The notes: generated by a model not told the origin, from the letters alone. 64,000 bases of DNA from Macrostomum lignano (GCA_002269645.1 NIVC01000931.1:1-64000), one strand, 5' to 3'. Counted from the first letter of the stretch, positions 23,801 through 36,801 are shown. Made by a program: numbers and translations.

Positions 23801-25324
23801 TCACGAACTGTCGGCAGTGGACGGGGTGCTCCTACGGGGCCAGCGGATCATCGTCCCGGTGGCGCTCCGACGGCTTGTACTGGATCTAGCGCACCGGGGG
23901 CACCAGTGCACACGTAAGACGCTGGACCGGCTGAACACCAAGGTCTGGTGGCCGAGGATGCAACTGGAGACGGAGCGCTTCATAGCCACGTGCCGGGCCT
24001 GCCTGGCGACCTCGCATGCCGCTGACGTGACTGCATCACCGCTAAAGCCGACGCCCATCCCGAAGGCGGCCTGGCTGACGCTCGGGGCGGATCTGCTAGG
24101 ACCCATTCAAGGCAGCATGCTGCTAGTCTGCGTCGATCAATACTCCCGATTTCCCGAGGTGGAGGTTGTCCAGACCACGACGGCTGAGGCGCTAATCCCT
24201 CGACTGAGGAGTTCATTCGTCCGGTTTGGAATCCCTCAAACGTTAGTTACTGACAACGGCCCACCGTTCTCTTCAGCCCAGTTCAAGAGCTTCCTGGACA
24301 GCTACGGAATTCGGCAGCGCCTCATCACACCGTTACATCCACAGGCCAACGGCGCCACCGAGCGTTTGAATCGTTCCATCAACAAGGTGGTGCGCGCTGC
24401 GATCGCACAGAAGCGCGACTGGAGAGCGGCCCTTGACGAGTGGCTGCTGGCCTATCGGTGCACGCCTCAGCGAACAACTGGACGGGCGCCTGCCGAGCTC
24501 CTCATGGGTCGCGTGCTGAACGACTCCATCCCGTCGGTCAGACCGTCGAGACCGGTGGCCATCGCGGACCGGCAGCTTCGGCAGCGCGACGCACTTCGAA
24601 AGGCGCAAGGCAAGCTCTACACAGACCGGAAGCGACTGGCGAGACCGCACAAGCTCAAGGTTGGCGACACAGTGCTGCGGCGGCGACTGAATCCGCTCAA
24701 GGGAGACACGCCGTTCGAGTGGGACCCCTGGCTCATCGAGGAGATCAAGGCGGACTCGGCGACGATACGACAGGGTGCCAGAGTTTGCAGGCGGCACTGC
24801 ACCGACCTAAAGCGAGTGGCACCGGAGTCCGAGCCTGACAATCCGGGCGAGCTGCCAGCGATGCCGCAACCGGAAGTGAATGCGCCTCTGCCGCAGTCAG
24901 CCGCAGGCGAGCGAGCGGCCTCGCCCATTGCGTTGCGGCCACATCCCCGGGCGGCGAAGGTGAACGTGAACTACAGTGTACAAGGCTTGAAAAAGGTTTT
25001 TGTTAAACGGTAGCATCTGATTTTATGTATTTTTTGCTGGACTTTTGCTATAATTGTAACAGAATGAAATTTAACAAAAACAGATTTTTTAAACCCAACT
25101 TTAAAATTTTGCTTTTAAGCCGTATTTGAGGAGAGATGTAGTGTAGTTCAGTGCGATGTACAATATTGGCGCGCAAATATTATTAGTCACGTGTTGCAAT
25201 GTATTACGTAAGACTCACGCGCACTTACTCTTCACATATATAAATATACTTGCAGGGCAAGTCGGCCCATTTCTAAGATTCTTCGTGCACTCGCAAACCC
25301 TCCGATTTTGTCTGAGTCACTACA
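20823..25324 (+). mobile_element. Ty3/Gypsy (Mag-type) LTR retrotransposon 2, 4502 bp, apparently identical LTRs
   Basis: 188-bp LTRs at 20823-21010 and 25137-25324 (TGTAGTG...CACTACA; no difference seen by eye), 5-bp TSD ACTTC, PBS TGGCGTCGCAAG at 21011, PPT GAGGAGAGA. Confidence 0.97.
21078..25013 (+). pseudogene. gag-pol of Gypsy element 2 with an N-terminal gag deletion/frameshift and a 1-bp frameshift in RT
   Basis: ATG 21078 (MGQALQLTAPDAF) is out of frame with the gag body; Zn knuckles, protease LIDSGAACN, frameshift at about 22478 (VVVPK/EAPGEIRITQDL), RT WIHDDIIV, RNase H, integrase; the long pol ORF is open to 25013. Confidence 0.92.
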
Positions 25325-25599
25325 ACTTCTAGTTGCGCATCTTCTCAAACAAGAATCACGTCGCCAGCTCTTTGGTATTCATTGGTATTCTTTGGTATTC
25401 TCTTTGGTAATACTGGTATTCAGTACACCCAATGCATTCAATTCAATAGTTTACAGGATTTGGGAAACTTCATCGCTAGTATCTAACAACTTGAACGACT
25501 TAATTGAACTAAAAAGACATAAATAGAGCCAGAACCAGAAAGTTCAACCACAAATAGCTGCATAATAGAAAATTTCAATTAAAACGGACTGGCCGCGCT

Positions 25600-26480
25600 A
25601 TTTAAACAGTCCGCAAGGATAGCAGCTGATGGCAGTCCTGTACTGTCCGAGTTCCAGCGTGCATGGCACAGACCTCCGAGTCAACGCCGGGTACAGCGCA
25701 GACGGTAATCACCTCGTCGGCGGAAACCTGATGACTGCGGATAACTTACGGAAGTGATTTTTCTTGGTAAAGGCATCGTTGGGTTCATCATGGTCTCTTC
25801 CACAGCGCGTGCATGTGCCACTGGTTTTGGCCTCTTTAGCAACCGATGCCCGGGCGCTGATTAGCTCTCGTAAACTTCTGAGATTTCGGCTCACGAATTG
25901 ATTGAATGATAATAGCCATGGCGGTAGATAAGGTTGTTCAAGCCATGGCCTTTGCTTCTTTGGAGGCCTCCTCGATTTATACTACGTTGCTGAGTGCCTT
26001 CGACAAGTTGAGATCTTCCAGCTTCTCAGTGAGTAATCTCGCTCGTTCTCTGGGATTGCTAGTCTTCTCAGCGAGCTGGTCCCTGCATAATGAGCTCATC
26101 TTGCATGGTGCGCAAAGTTGCACGACTCCGTCAAATCTCACAGGGCTGCCGTAAAGATCTTCACATCCTTGCCCAGTGGCTGCTGACGGTGGCGAAAGAG
26201 CAATCGAACGACCATCACGTACGTTGGTTTTATCCGCAAAAATAATCTCCAGCTTGCCTTTGTCTGCTTGAATGAGTCGTCATATCTTGGCGTGCTTGGA
26301 TTACCCGCTGGAATTCCAAAGCAAAGCAGATCAAGCAGAATGTTCTTTTGTAGCGGGTCTGCTGCGGCTTTCCCTTCGGACTGCTTAACTTAAAACTCAA
26401 AGGCCTCAATCCATCGGCTCCATGAAACTGTCGGAGTTCCGCAGTTCGCCAGGGATCAGAGGGTGTGGGTGCCGAAATTG
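25600..26480 (-). pseudogene. Old, degenerate Gypsy gag remnant
   Basis: Minus-strand translation across stops: VSWSRWIEAFEF*...LLDLL...RLLFRHRQQ...DLTESCNF...RDQLAEKTSNP...IEEASKEAKAM...CTRCGRDH...NHF, i.e. the Mag-type gag pattern plus Zn knuckle. Confidence 0.7.
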
Positions 26481-26501
26481 CCGACGTTATCCTTGTGGCC
26501 A

Positions 26502-27018
26502 CAAGGACTACTCAAGTAACATATATATAGGACGCTACACTTAAAATCTATGGTAAATGTTTTGAAGGCAACTTTTCGCCGAAAAAATACACTACAGAGA
26601 AAGGAGGTTTTAATTTTTTCAGTACAAAAATTGTTATTGCTTTTGATACGAGTAGAAAGCAGATCCAGTGTTCATCTTTTGATATGTTGTGCCTTTCTTA
26701 TTGCTCTATCGATATTCATAAAGCTTTTCGTTCAGAAATAGTTTTAAAGGCAGGTTTCAGTTTCACCAGAAAAATATGTACTACGGAGATAGGAAATTTC
26801 ACGATTTTCAACACTAAAACAGTGATTGAGTCTCATTACAGTGTCAGAGAAAGTTCTAATTACACTATTTTGTGCCTCACGTGCTGCTCTAACGACGCAT
26901 TAATCGATTTTTCATTTTAGCTCGGAAGTTGGTCTTGTCATTATTTTAAACGTTCTTTTCAAGTGACAGACCAATTAACATAAAAAATCGATTCGCGTCC
27001 TACTTTAAGTTGTCCTTG
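26502..27018. mobile_element. P-element-like MITE (517 bp)
   Basis: TIRs CAAGGACTACTCAAGT / ACTTTAAGTTGTCCTTG; 8-bp TSD TGTGGCCA at 26494-26501 and 27019-27026. The P assignment rests on CAAGG termini plus an 8-bp TSD. Confidence 0.75.
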
Positions 27019-27232
27019 TGTGGCCAACGTTCTGTTGTGGAAAATGACTCACATAGAAATACGAATCGAGTCTTATTATATGTTTGCTGGCTACTCCCCG
27101 TAAGAAAAGAGTTTTCCCATACAATAACTGTCTTTGCCCCGCTCCGAGGTAGCCATGGTCTGAAGATTCTAGTCAAAAGTCTAGTCTGAAATAAGTCTTA
27201 GCCTAAAGTTATATTTCCTCCAGTGCCCTTAT

Positions 27233-27440
27233 CAAGGACAAGGACCACTAGAAGTTACCGTTGTATCAGGACGTAACACTCGTAAATATTGCAAAATTAT
27301 TTGAAGGCCCGCTCGTTTACGTGTGTTTAGCGATGCTTGCCTTCAAAAAGCATTCTACTCGACTATAAAGAAGCCTGCACTACATTTGAGCCCCAGAAGC
27401 TCCACTTCTAGTGGTCCTTGATCACTTCTAGTTGTCCTTG
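27233..27440. mobile_element. Second short MITE of the CAAGGAC-TIR family with doubled ends
   Basis: Perfect 17-bp TIR CAAGGACCACTAGAAGT at 27239 and 27404-27420, a further right end at 27424-27440; degenerate TSD GCCCTTAT/GCTCTTAA for the outer ends. Confidence 0.6.
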
Positions 27441-27738
27441 GCTCTTAACTAGAATGCATCGTTGCTTTTCACTCCAACCAGCCCCTAGGCCTCATTCTTA
27501 ATACGAGCTATATGCACTGAATTGACCCGCTCTGTACTATATTCTCAATACTGGTACACAAGAGACCGCTCAGCCACAGCTACTATCCGTCTAGACGTAA
27601 GGAATCCAGCAGACGGAGTCTGCTTCAATCAACATAGCTTTTGTTTTAAACATCGGCAGGTTCTAAGAAATACAGCGCAAATAACAGTGTATTAATTTAA
27701 CTTCGAAAATCTATCGCGCCCCCGGGGAGAGATTTTAC

Positions 27739-30700
27739 ACGCATTTGTTTCCCGATCGATATTCAGATTGATATTCGAAAACTAACAAAATCTCTGCTCT
27801 GCAAAAATATTTTAGAACGCCGTTTGACAGAAAAAAAAGTGCAACTAAGAACATTGCAAAAATAAAGTTTCAGCTCTATCCGTCACTCTGGCTCGAAATG
27901 GCACCGATTTTCGATGTGCTCCCATTTAAAATACATGTGATTTTATAAGGCAGATCGATATTCGAGTTCGCTCACTTTGGCGAAATCACATGTATTTTAA
28001 ATGGGAGCACATCGAAAATCGGTGCCATTTCGAGCCAGAGTGACAGATCGAGCTGAAACTGTATATTTATCGGTTTCTTAGTTGCACTTTTTAGTGTGTA
28101 AAATTTCGCGTTGAATGGTCAAGCCAAAGTGAGCGAACTCAAATATCGATCTGCCTTATAAAATCACATGTATTTTAAATGGGAGCACATCGAAAATCGG
28201 TGCCATTTCGAGCCAGAGTGACGGATCGAGCTGAAACTGTATATTTATCGGTTTCTTAGTTGCACTTTTTAGTGTGTAAAATTTCGCGTTGAATGGTCAA
28301 GCCAAAGTGAGCGAACTCAAATATCGATCTGCCTTATAAAATCACATGTATTTTAAATGGGAGCACATCGAAAATCGGTGCCATTTCGAGCCAGAGTGAC
28401 GGATCGAGCTGAAACTGTATATTTATCGGTTTCTTAGTTGCACTTTTTAGTGTGTAAAATTTCGCGTTGAATGGTCAAGCCAAAGTGAGCGAACTCAAAT
28501 ATCGATCTGGCTTATAAAATCACATGTATTTTAAATGGGAGCACATCGAAAATCAGTGCCATTTCGAGCCAGAGTGACAGATCGAGCTGAAACTGCATAT
28601 TTATCGGTTTCTTAGTTGCACTTTTTAGTGTGTAAAATTTCGTGTTGAATGGTCAAGCCAAAGTGAGCGAACTCGAATATCGATCTGGCTTATAAAATCA
28701 CATGTATTTTAAATGGGAGCACATCGAAAATCGGTGCCATTTCGAGCCAGAGTGACAGATCGAGCTGAAACTGCATATTTATCGGTTTCTTAGTTGCACT
28801 TTTTAGTGTGTAAAATTTCGCGTTGAATGGTCAAGCCAAAGTGAGCGAACTCGAATATCGATCTGCCTTATAAAATCACATGTATTTTAAATGGGAGCAC
28901 ATCGAAAATCGGTGCCATTTCGAGCCAGAGTGACGGATCGAGCTGAAACTGTATATTTATCGGTTTCTTAGTTGCACTTTTTAGTGTGTAAATTTCGCGT
29001 TGAATGGTCAAGCCAAAGTGAGCGAACTCGAATATCGATCTGCCTTATAAAATCACATGTATTTTAAATGGGAGCACATCGAAAATCGGTGCCATTTCGA
29101 GCCAGAGTGACAGATCGAGCTGAAACTGCATATTTATCGGTTTCTTAGTTGCACTTTTTAGTGTGTAAAATTTCGTGTTGAATGGTCAAGCCAAAGTGAG
29201 CGAACTCGAATATCGATCTGCCTTATAAAATCACATGTATTTTAAATGGGAGCACATCGAAAATCGGTGCCATTTCGAGCCAGAGTGACAGATCGAGCTG
29301 AAACTGTATATTTATCGGTTTCCTAGTTGCACTTTTTAGTGTGTAAAATTTCGTGTTGAATGGTCAAGCCAAAGTGAGCGAACTCGAATATCGATCTGCC
29401 TTATAAAATCACATGTATTTTAAATGGGAGCACATCGAAAATCGGTGCCATTTCGAGCCAGAGTGACGGATCGAGCTGAAACTGTATATTTATCGGTTTC
29501 TTAGTTGCACTTTTTAGTGTGTAAAATTTCGCGTTGAATGGTCAAGCCAAAGTGAGCGAACTCGAATATCGATCTGCCTTATAAAATCACATGTATTTTA
29601 AATGGGAGCACATCGAAAATCGGTGCCATTTCGAGCCAGAGTGACAGATCGAGCTGAAACTGCATATTTATCGGTTTCTTAGTTGCACTTTTTAGTGTGT
29701 AAAATTTCGTGTTGAATGGTCAAGCCAAAGTGAGCGAACTCGAATATCGATCTGGCTTATAAAATCACATGTATTTTAAATGGGAGCACATCGAAAATCG
29801 GTGCCATTTCGAGCCAGAGTGACAGATCGAGCTGAAACTGCATATTTATCGGTTTCTTAGTTGCACTTTTTAGTGTGTAAAATTTCGCGTTGAATGGTCA
29901 AGCCAAAGTGAGCGAACTCGAATATCGATCTGCCTTATAAAATCACATGTATTTTAAATGGGAGCACATCGAAAATCGGTGCCATTTCGAGCCAGAGTGA
30001 CAGATCGAGCTGAAACTGCATATTTATCGGTTTCTTAGTTGCACTTTTTAGTGTGTAAAATTTCGTGTTGAATGGTCAAGCCAAAGTGAGCGAACTCGAA
30101 TATCGATCTGGCTTATAAAATCACATGTATTTTAAATGGGAGCACATCGAAAATCGGTGCCATTTCGAGCCAGAGTGACAGATCGAGCTGAAACTGCATA
30201 TTTATCGGTTTCTAGTTGCACTTTTTAGTGTGTAAAATTTCGTGTTGAATGGTCAAGCCAAAGTGAGCGAACTCGAATATCGATCTGGCTTATAAAATCA
30301 CATGTATTTTAAATGGGAGCACATCGAAAATCGGTGCCATTTCGAGCCAGAGTGACGGATCGAGCTGAAACTGTATATTTATCGGTTTCTTAGTTGCACT
30401 TTTTAGTGTGTAAAATTTCGCGTTGAATGGTCAAGCCAAAGTGAGCGAACTCGAATATCGATCTGCCTTATAAAATCACATGTATTTTAAATGGGAGCAC
30501 ATCGAAAATCGGTGCCATTTCGAGCCAGAGTGACAGATCGAGCTGAAACTGCATATTTATCGGTTTCTTAGTTGCACTTTTTAGTGTGTAAAATTTCGTG
30601 TTGAATGGTCAAGCCAAAGTGAGCGAACTCGAATATCGATCTGCCTTATAAAATCACATGTATTTTAAATGGGAGCACATCGAAAATCGGTGCCATTTCG

Positions 30701-33700
30701 AGCCAGAGTGACGGATCGAGCTGAAACTGTATATTTATCGGTTTCTTAGTTGCACTTTTTAGTGTGTAAAATTTCGCGTTGAATGGTCAAGCCAAAGTGA
30801 GCGAACTCGAATATCGATCTGCCTTATAAAATCACATGTATTTTAAATGGGAGCACATCGAAAATCGGTGCCATTTCGAGCCAGAGTGACGGATCGAGCT
30901 GAAACTGTATATTTATCGGTTTCTTAGTTGCACTTTTTAGTGTGTAAAATTTCGCGTTGAATGGTCAAGCCAAAGTGAGCGAACTCGAATATCGATCTGG
31001 CTTATAAAATCACATGTATTTTAAATGGGAGCACATCGAAAATCGGTGCCATTTCGAGCCAGAGTGACAGATCGAGCTGAAACTGCATATTTATCGGTTT
31101 CTTAGTTGCACTTTTTAGTGTGTAAAATTTCGTGTTGAATGGTCAAGCCAAAGTGAGCGAACTCGAATATCGATCTGGCTTATAAAATCACATGTATTTT
31201 AAATGGGAGCACATCGAAAATCGGTGCCATTTCGAGCCAGAGTGACAGATCGAGCTGAAACTGCATATTTATCGGTTTCTTAGTTGCACTTTTTAGTGTG
31301 TAAAATTTCGCGTTGAATGGTCAAGCCAAAGTGAGCGAACTCGAATATCGATCTGCCTTATAAAATCACATGTATTTTAAATGGGAGCACATCGAAAATC
31401 GGTGCCATTTCGAGCCAGAGTGACGGATCGAGCTGAAACTGTATATTTATCGGTTTCTTAGTTGCACTTTTTAGTGTGTAAATTTCGCGTTGAATGGTCA
31501 AGCCAAAGTGAGCGAACTCGAATATCGATCTGCCTTATAAAATCACATGTATTTTAAATGGGAGCACATCGAAAATCGGTGCCATTTCGAGCCAGAGTGA
31601 CAGATCGAGCTGAAACTGCATATTTATCGGTTTCTTAGTTGCACTTTTTAGTGTGTAAAATTTCGCGTTGAATGGTCAAGCCAAAGTGAGCGAACTCGAA
31701 TATCGATCTGCCTTATAAAATCACATGTATTTTAAATGGGAGCACATCGAAAATCGGTGCCATTTCGAGCCAGAGTGACGGATCGAGCTGAAACTGTATA
31801 TTTATCGGTTTCTTAGTTGCACTTTTTAGTGTGTAAAATTTCGCGTTGAATGGTCAAGCCAAAGTGAGCGAACTCGAATATCGATCTGCCTTATAAAATC
31901 ACATGTATTTTAAATGGGAGCACATCGAAAATCGGTGCCATTTCGAGCCAGAGTGACAGATCGAGCTGAAACTGCATATTTATCGGTTTCTTAGTTGCAC
32001 TTTTTAGTGTGTAAAATTTCGTGTTGAATGGTCAAGCCAAAGTGAGCGAACTCGAATATCGATCTGGCTTATAAAATCACATGTATTTTAAATGGGAGCA
32101 CATCGAAAATCGGTGCCATTTCGAGCCAGAGTGACAGATCGAGCTGAAACTGCATATTTATCGGTTTCTTAGTTGCACTTTTTAGTGTGTAAAATTTCGT
32201 GTTGAATGGTCAAGCCAAAGTGAGCGAACTCGAATATCGATCTGCCTTATAAAATCACATGTATTTTAAATGGGAGCACATCGAAAATCGGTGCCATTTC
32301 GAGCCAGAGTGACGGATCGAGCTGAAACTGTATATTTATCGGTTTCTTAGTTGCACTTTTTAGTGTGTAAAATTTCGCGTTGAATGGTCAAGCCAAAGTG
32401 AGCGAACTCGAATATCGATCTGCCTTATAAAATCACATGTATTTTAAATGGGAGCACATCGAAAATCGGTGCCATTTCGAGCCAGAGTGACAGATCGAGC
32501 TGAAACTGCATATTTATCGGTTTCTTAGTTGCACTTTTTAGTGTGTAAAATTTCGTGTTGAATGGTCAAGCCAAAGTGAGCGAACTCGAATATCGATCTG
32601 GCTTATAAAATCACATGTATTTTAAATGGGAGCACATCGAAAATCGGTGCCATTTCGAGCCAGAGTGACAGATCGAGCTGAAACTGCATATTTATCGGTT
32701 TCTTAGTTGCACTTTTTAGTGTGTAAAATTTCGTGTTGAATGGTCAAGCCAAAGTGAGCGAACTCGAATATCGATCTGCCTTATAAAATCACATGTATTT
32801 TAAATGGGAGCACATCGAAAATCGGTGCCATTTCGAGCCAGAGTGACGGATCGAGCTGAAACTGTATATTTATCGGTTTCTTAGTTGCACTTTTTAGTGT
32901 GTAAAATTTCGCGTTGAATGGTCAAGCCAAAGTGAGCGAACTCGAATATCGATCTGCCTTATAAAATCACATGTATTTTAAATGGGAGCACATCGAAAAT
33001 CAGTGCCATTTCGAGCCAGAGTGACAGATCGAGCTGAAACTGCATATTTATCGGTTTCTTAGTTGCACTTTTTAGTGTGTAAAATTTCGTGTTGAATGGT
33101 CAAGCCAAAGTGAGCGAACTCGAATATCGATCTGCTTATAAAATCACATGTATTTTAAATGGGAGCACATCGAAAATCGGTGCCATTTCGAGCCAGAGTG
33201 ACAGATCGAGCTGAAACTGCATATTTATCGGTTTCTTAGTTGCACTTTTTAGTGTGTAAAATTTCGCGTTGAATGGTCAAGCCAAAGTGAGCGAACTCGA
33301 ATATCGATCTGCCTTATAAAATCACATGTATTTTAAATGGAGCACATCGAAAATCGGTGCCATTTCGAGCCAGAGTGACGGATCGAGCTGAAACTGTATA
33401 TTTATCGGTTTCTTAGTTGCACTTTTTAGTGTGTAAAATTTGCGTTGAATGGTCAAGCCAAAGTGAGCGAACTCGAATATCGATCTGCCTTATAAAATCA
33501 CATGTATTTTAAATGGGAGCACATCGAAAATCGGTGCCATTTCGAGCCAGAGTGACAGATCGAGCTGAAACTGCATATTTATCGGTTTCTTAGTTGCACT
33601 TTTTAGTGTGTAAAATTTCGTGTTGAATGGTCAAGCCAAAGTGAGCGAACTCGAATATCGATCTGGCTTATAAAATCACATGTATTTTAAATGGGAGCAC

Positions 33701-36189
33701 ATCGAAAATCGGTGCCATTTCGAGCCAGAGTGACAGATCGAGCTGAAACTGTATATTTATCGGTTTCTTAGTTGCACTTTTTAGTGTGTAAAATTTCGTG
33801 TTGAATGGTCAAGCCAAAGTGAGCGAACTCGAATATCGATCTGCCTTATAAAATCACATGTATTTTAAATGGGAGCACATCGAAAATCGGTGCCATTTCG
33901 AGCCAGAGTGACGGATCGAGCTGAAACTGTATATTTATCGGTTTCTTAGTTGCACTTTTTAGTGTGTAAAATTTCGCGTTGAATGGTCAAGCCAAAGTGA
34001 GCGAACTCGAATATCGATCTGCCTTATAAAATCACATGTATTTTAAATGAGAGCACATCGAAAATCAGTGCCATTTCGAGCCAGAGTGACAGATCGAGCT
34101 GAAACTGCATATTTATCGGTTTCTTAGTTGCAATTTTTAGTGTGTAAAATTTCGTGTTGAATGGTCAAGCCAAAGTGAGCGAACTCGAATATCGATCTGG
34201 CTTATAAAATCACATGTATTTTAAATGGGAGCACATCGAAAATCGGTGCCATTTCGAGCCAGAGTGACAGATCGAGCTGAAACTGCATATTTATCGGTTT
34301 CTTAGTTGCACTTTTTAGTGTGTAAAATTTCGCGTTGAATGGTCAAGCCAAAGTGAGCGAACTCGAATATCGATCTGCCTTATAAAATCACATGTATTTT
34401 AAATGGGAGCACATCGAAAATCGGTGCCATTTCGAGCCAGAGTGACAGATCGAGCTGAAACTGCATATTTATCGGTTTCTTAGTTGCACTTTTTAGTGTG
34501 TAAAATTTCGCGTTGAATGGTCAAGCCAAAGTGAGCGAACTCGAATATCGATCTGCCTTATAAAATCACATGTATTTTAAATGGGAGCACATCGAAAATC
34601 GGTGCCATTTCGAGCCAGAGTGACGGATCGAGCTGAAACTGTATATTTATCGGTTTCTTAGTTGCACTTTTTAGTGTGTAAAATTTCGCGTTGAATGGTC
34701 AAGCCAAAGTGAGCGAACTCAAATATCGATCTGCCTTATAAAATCACATGTATTTTAAATGGGAGCACATCGAAAATCAGTGCCATTTCGAGCCAGAGTG
34801 ACAGATCGAGCTGAAACTGCATATTTATCGGTTTCTTAGTTGCACTTTTTAGTGTGTAAAATTTCGTGTTGAATGGTCAAGCCAAAGTGAGCGAACTCGA
34901 ATATCGATCTGGCTTATAAAATCACATGTATTTTAAATGGGAGCACATCGAAAATCGGTGCCATTTCGAGCCAGAGTGACAGATCGAGCTGAAACTGCAT
35001 ATTTATCGGTTTCTTAGTTGCACTTTTTAGTGTGTAAAATTTCGCGTTGAATGGTCAAGCCAAAGTGAGCGAACTCGAATATCGATCTGCCTTATAAAAT
35101 CACATGTATTTTAAATGGGAGCACATCGAAAATCGGTGCCATTTCGAGCCAGAGTGACGGATCGAGCTGAAACTGTATATTTATCGGTTTCTTAGTTGCA
35201 CTTTTTAGTGTGTAAAATTTGCGTTGAATGGTCAAGCCAAAGTGAGCGAACTCGAATATCGATCTGCCTTATAAAATCACATGTATTTTAAATGGGAGCA
35301 CATCGAAAATCGGTGCCATTTCGAGCCAGAGTGACAGATCGAGCTGAAACTGCATATTTATCGGTTTCTTAGTTGCACTTTTTAGTGTGTAAAATTTCGT
35401 GTTGAATGGTCAAGCCAAAGTGAGCGAACTCGAATATCGATCTGCCTTATAAAATCACATGTATTTTAAATGGGAGCACATCGAAAATCGGTGCCATTTC
35501 GAGCCAGAGTGACAGATCGAGCTGAAACTGCATATTTATCGGTTTCTTAGTTGCACTTTTTAGTGTGTAAAATTTCGCGTTGAATGGTCAAGCCAAAGTG
35601 AGCGAACTCGAATATCGATCTGCCTTATAAAATCACATGTATTTTAAATGGGAGCACATCGAAAATCGGTGCCATTTCGAGCCAGAGTGACGGATCGAGC
35701 TGAAACTGTATATTTATCGGTTTCTTAGTTGCACTTTTTAGTGTGTAAAATTTCGCGTTGAATGGTCAAGCCAAAGTGAGCGAACTCGAATATCGATCTG
35801 CCTTATAAAATCACATGTATTTTAAATGGGAGCACATCGAAAATCGGTGCCATTTCGAGCCAGAGTGACAGATCGAGCTGAAACTGCATATTTATCGGTT
35901 TCTTAGTTGCACTTTTTAGTGTGTAAAATTTCGTGTTGAATGGTCAAGCCAAAGTGAGCGAACTCGAATATCGATCTGCCTTATAAAATCACATGTATTT
36001 TAAATGGGAGCACATCGAAAATCGGTGCCATTTCGAGCCAGAGTGACGGATAGAGCTGAAACTTTATTTTTGCAATGTTCTTAGTTGCACTTTTTTTCTG
36101 TCAAACGGCGTTCTAAAATATTTTTGCAGGGCAGAGATTTTGTTAGTTTTCGAATATCAATCTGAATATCGATCGGGAAACAAATGCGT
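27739..36189. mobile_element. Non-autonomous foldback/MULE-like DNA transposon, 8451 bp, filled with satellite DNA
   Basis: TIRs 27739-27981 (243 bp) and 35948-36189 (242 bp) differ by 1 substitution and 1 A-run indel; 9-bp TSD AGATTTTAC at 27730-27738 and 36190-36198; no ORF inside. Confidence 0.9.
27983..36062. repeat. 178-bp satellite array, ~45 highly homogeneous units
   Basis: Period measured between successive GATCTG marks at 28148, 28326, 28504; (35986-27983)/178 = 45 intervals. Confidence 0.97.
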
Positions 36190-36783
36190 AGATTTTACTG
36201 TTTCCACACCTCGGACGAATGTGACCATATCGTATTAATCAACACAGTTGTACATTAATGATTTGCTTTACATCTATTCGAGCAATTATTTTATTTTAAT
36301 TTTACTTCTTTTAATGGCTTTAAGTACTTCAGTTAGATAGGTTGTATTAATAGGCCTAACTCTAGCTTTTAATAACCTTTGGCTTTGAAGAAGAATTAAA
36401 TAGGCCCCAAGTTTTTATTATTAGCATATTAAAAGTTGGCCCTAAATGTGAAAATCATACTAGGGCACCAAAAAACATTTGTATCAAAATACCTATGCCT
36501 AGCACTCTGGCAGCCCTTAGATTAGAATATGCAAAGTTGAGTATTAGATGCAATACTTCCAGTAAAATAAAGAGTAAAATACTAAAATACAGGCAAAATA
36601 CAAAGAATAACTAGGAATAATGTCTTAAATAGTACAAAATTACCTCTAGCAATTATTTTATGCACTAGGCCTACTTTAGAATAAAATAAATTTTAATTGG
36701 AATACTTCTATAATTAGGCCCCTAATATATTGTGAAATTTATTATATAACAAAATATGGGACTATGATATGATACTTTTAAAC

Positions 36784-36801
36784 CAAGGACTACTCAAGTA
36801 A
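36784..36801 (+). mobile_element. Orphan end of the CAAGGAC-TIR MITE family
   Basis: CAAGGACTACTCAAGTAA is identical to 26502-26519; no partner end found. Confidence 0.5.

Noticed and set aside
27983-36062. CRISPR-like or tRNA/rRNA array
   Set aside because: Units are contiguous 178-bp near-identical copies with no unique spacers and no RNA-gene features; the context is eukaryotic.
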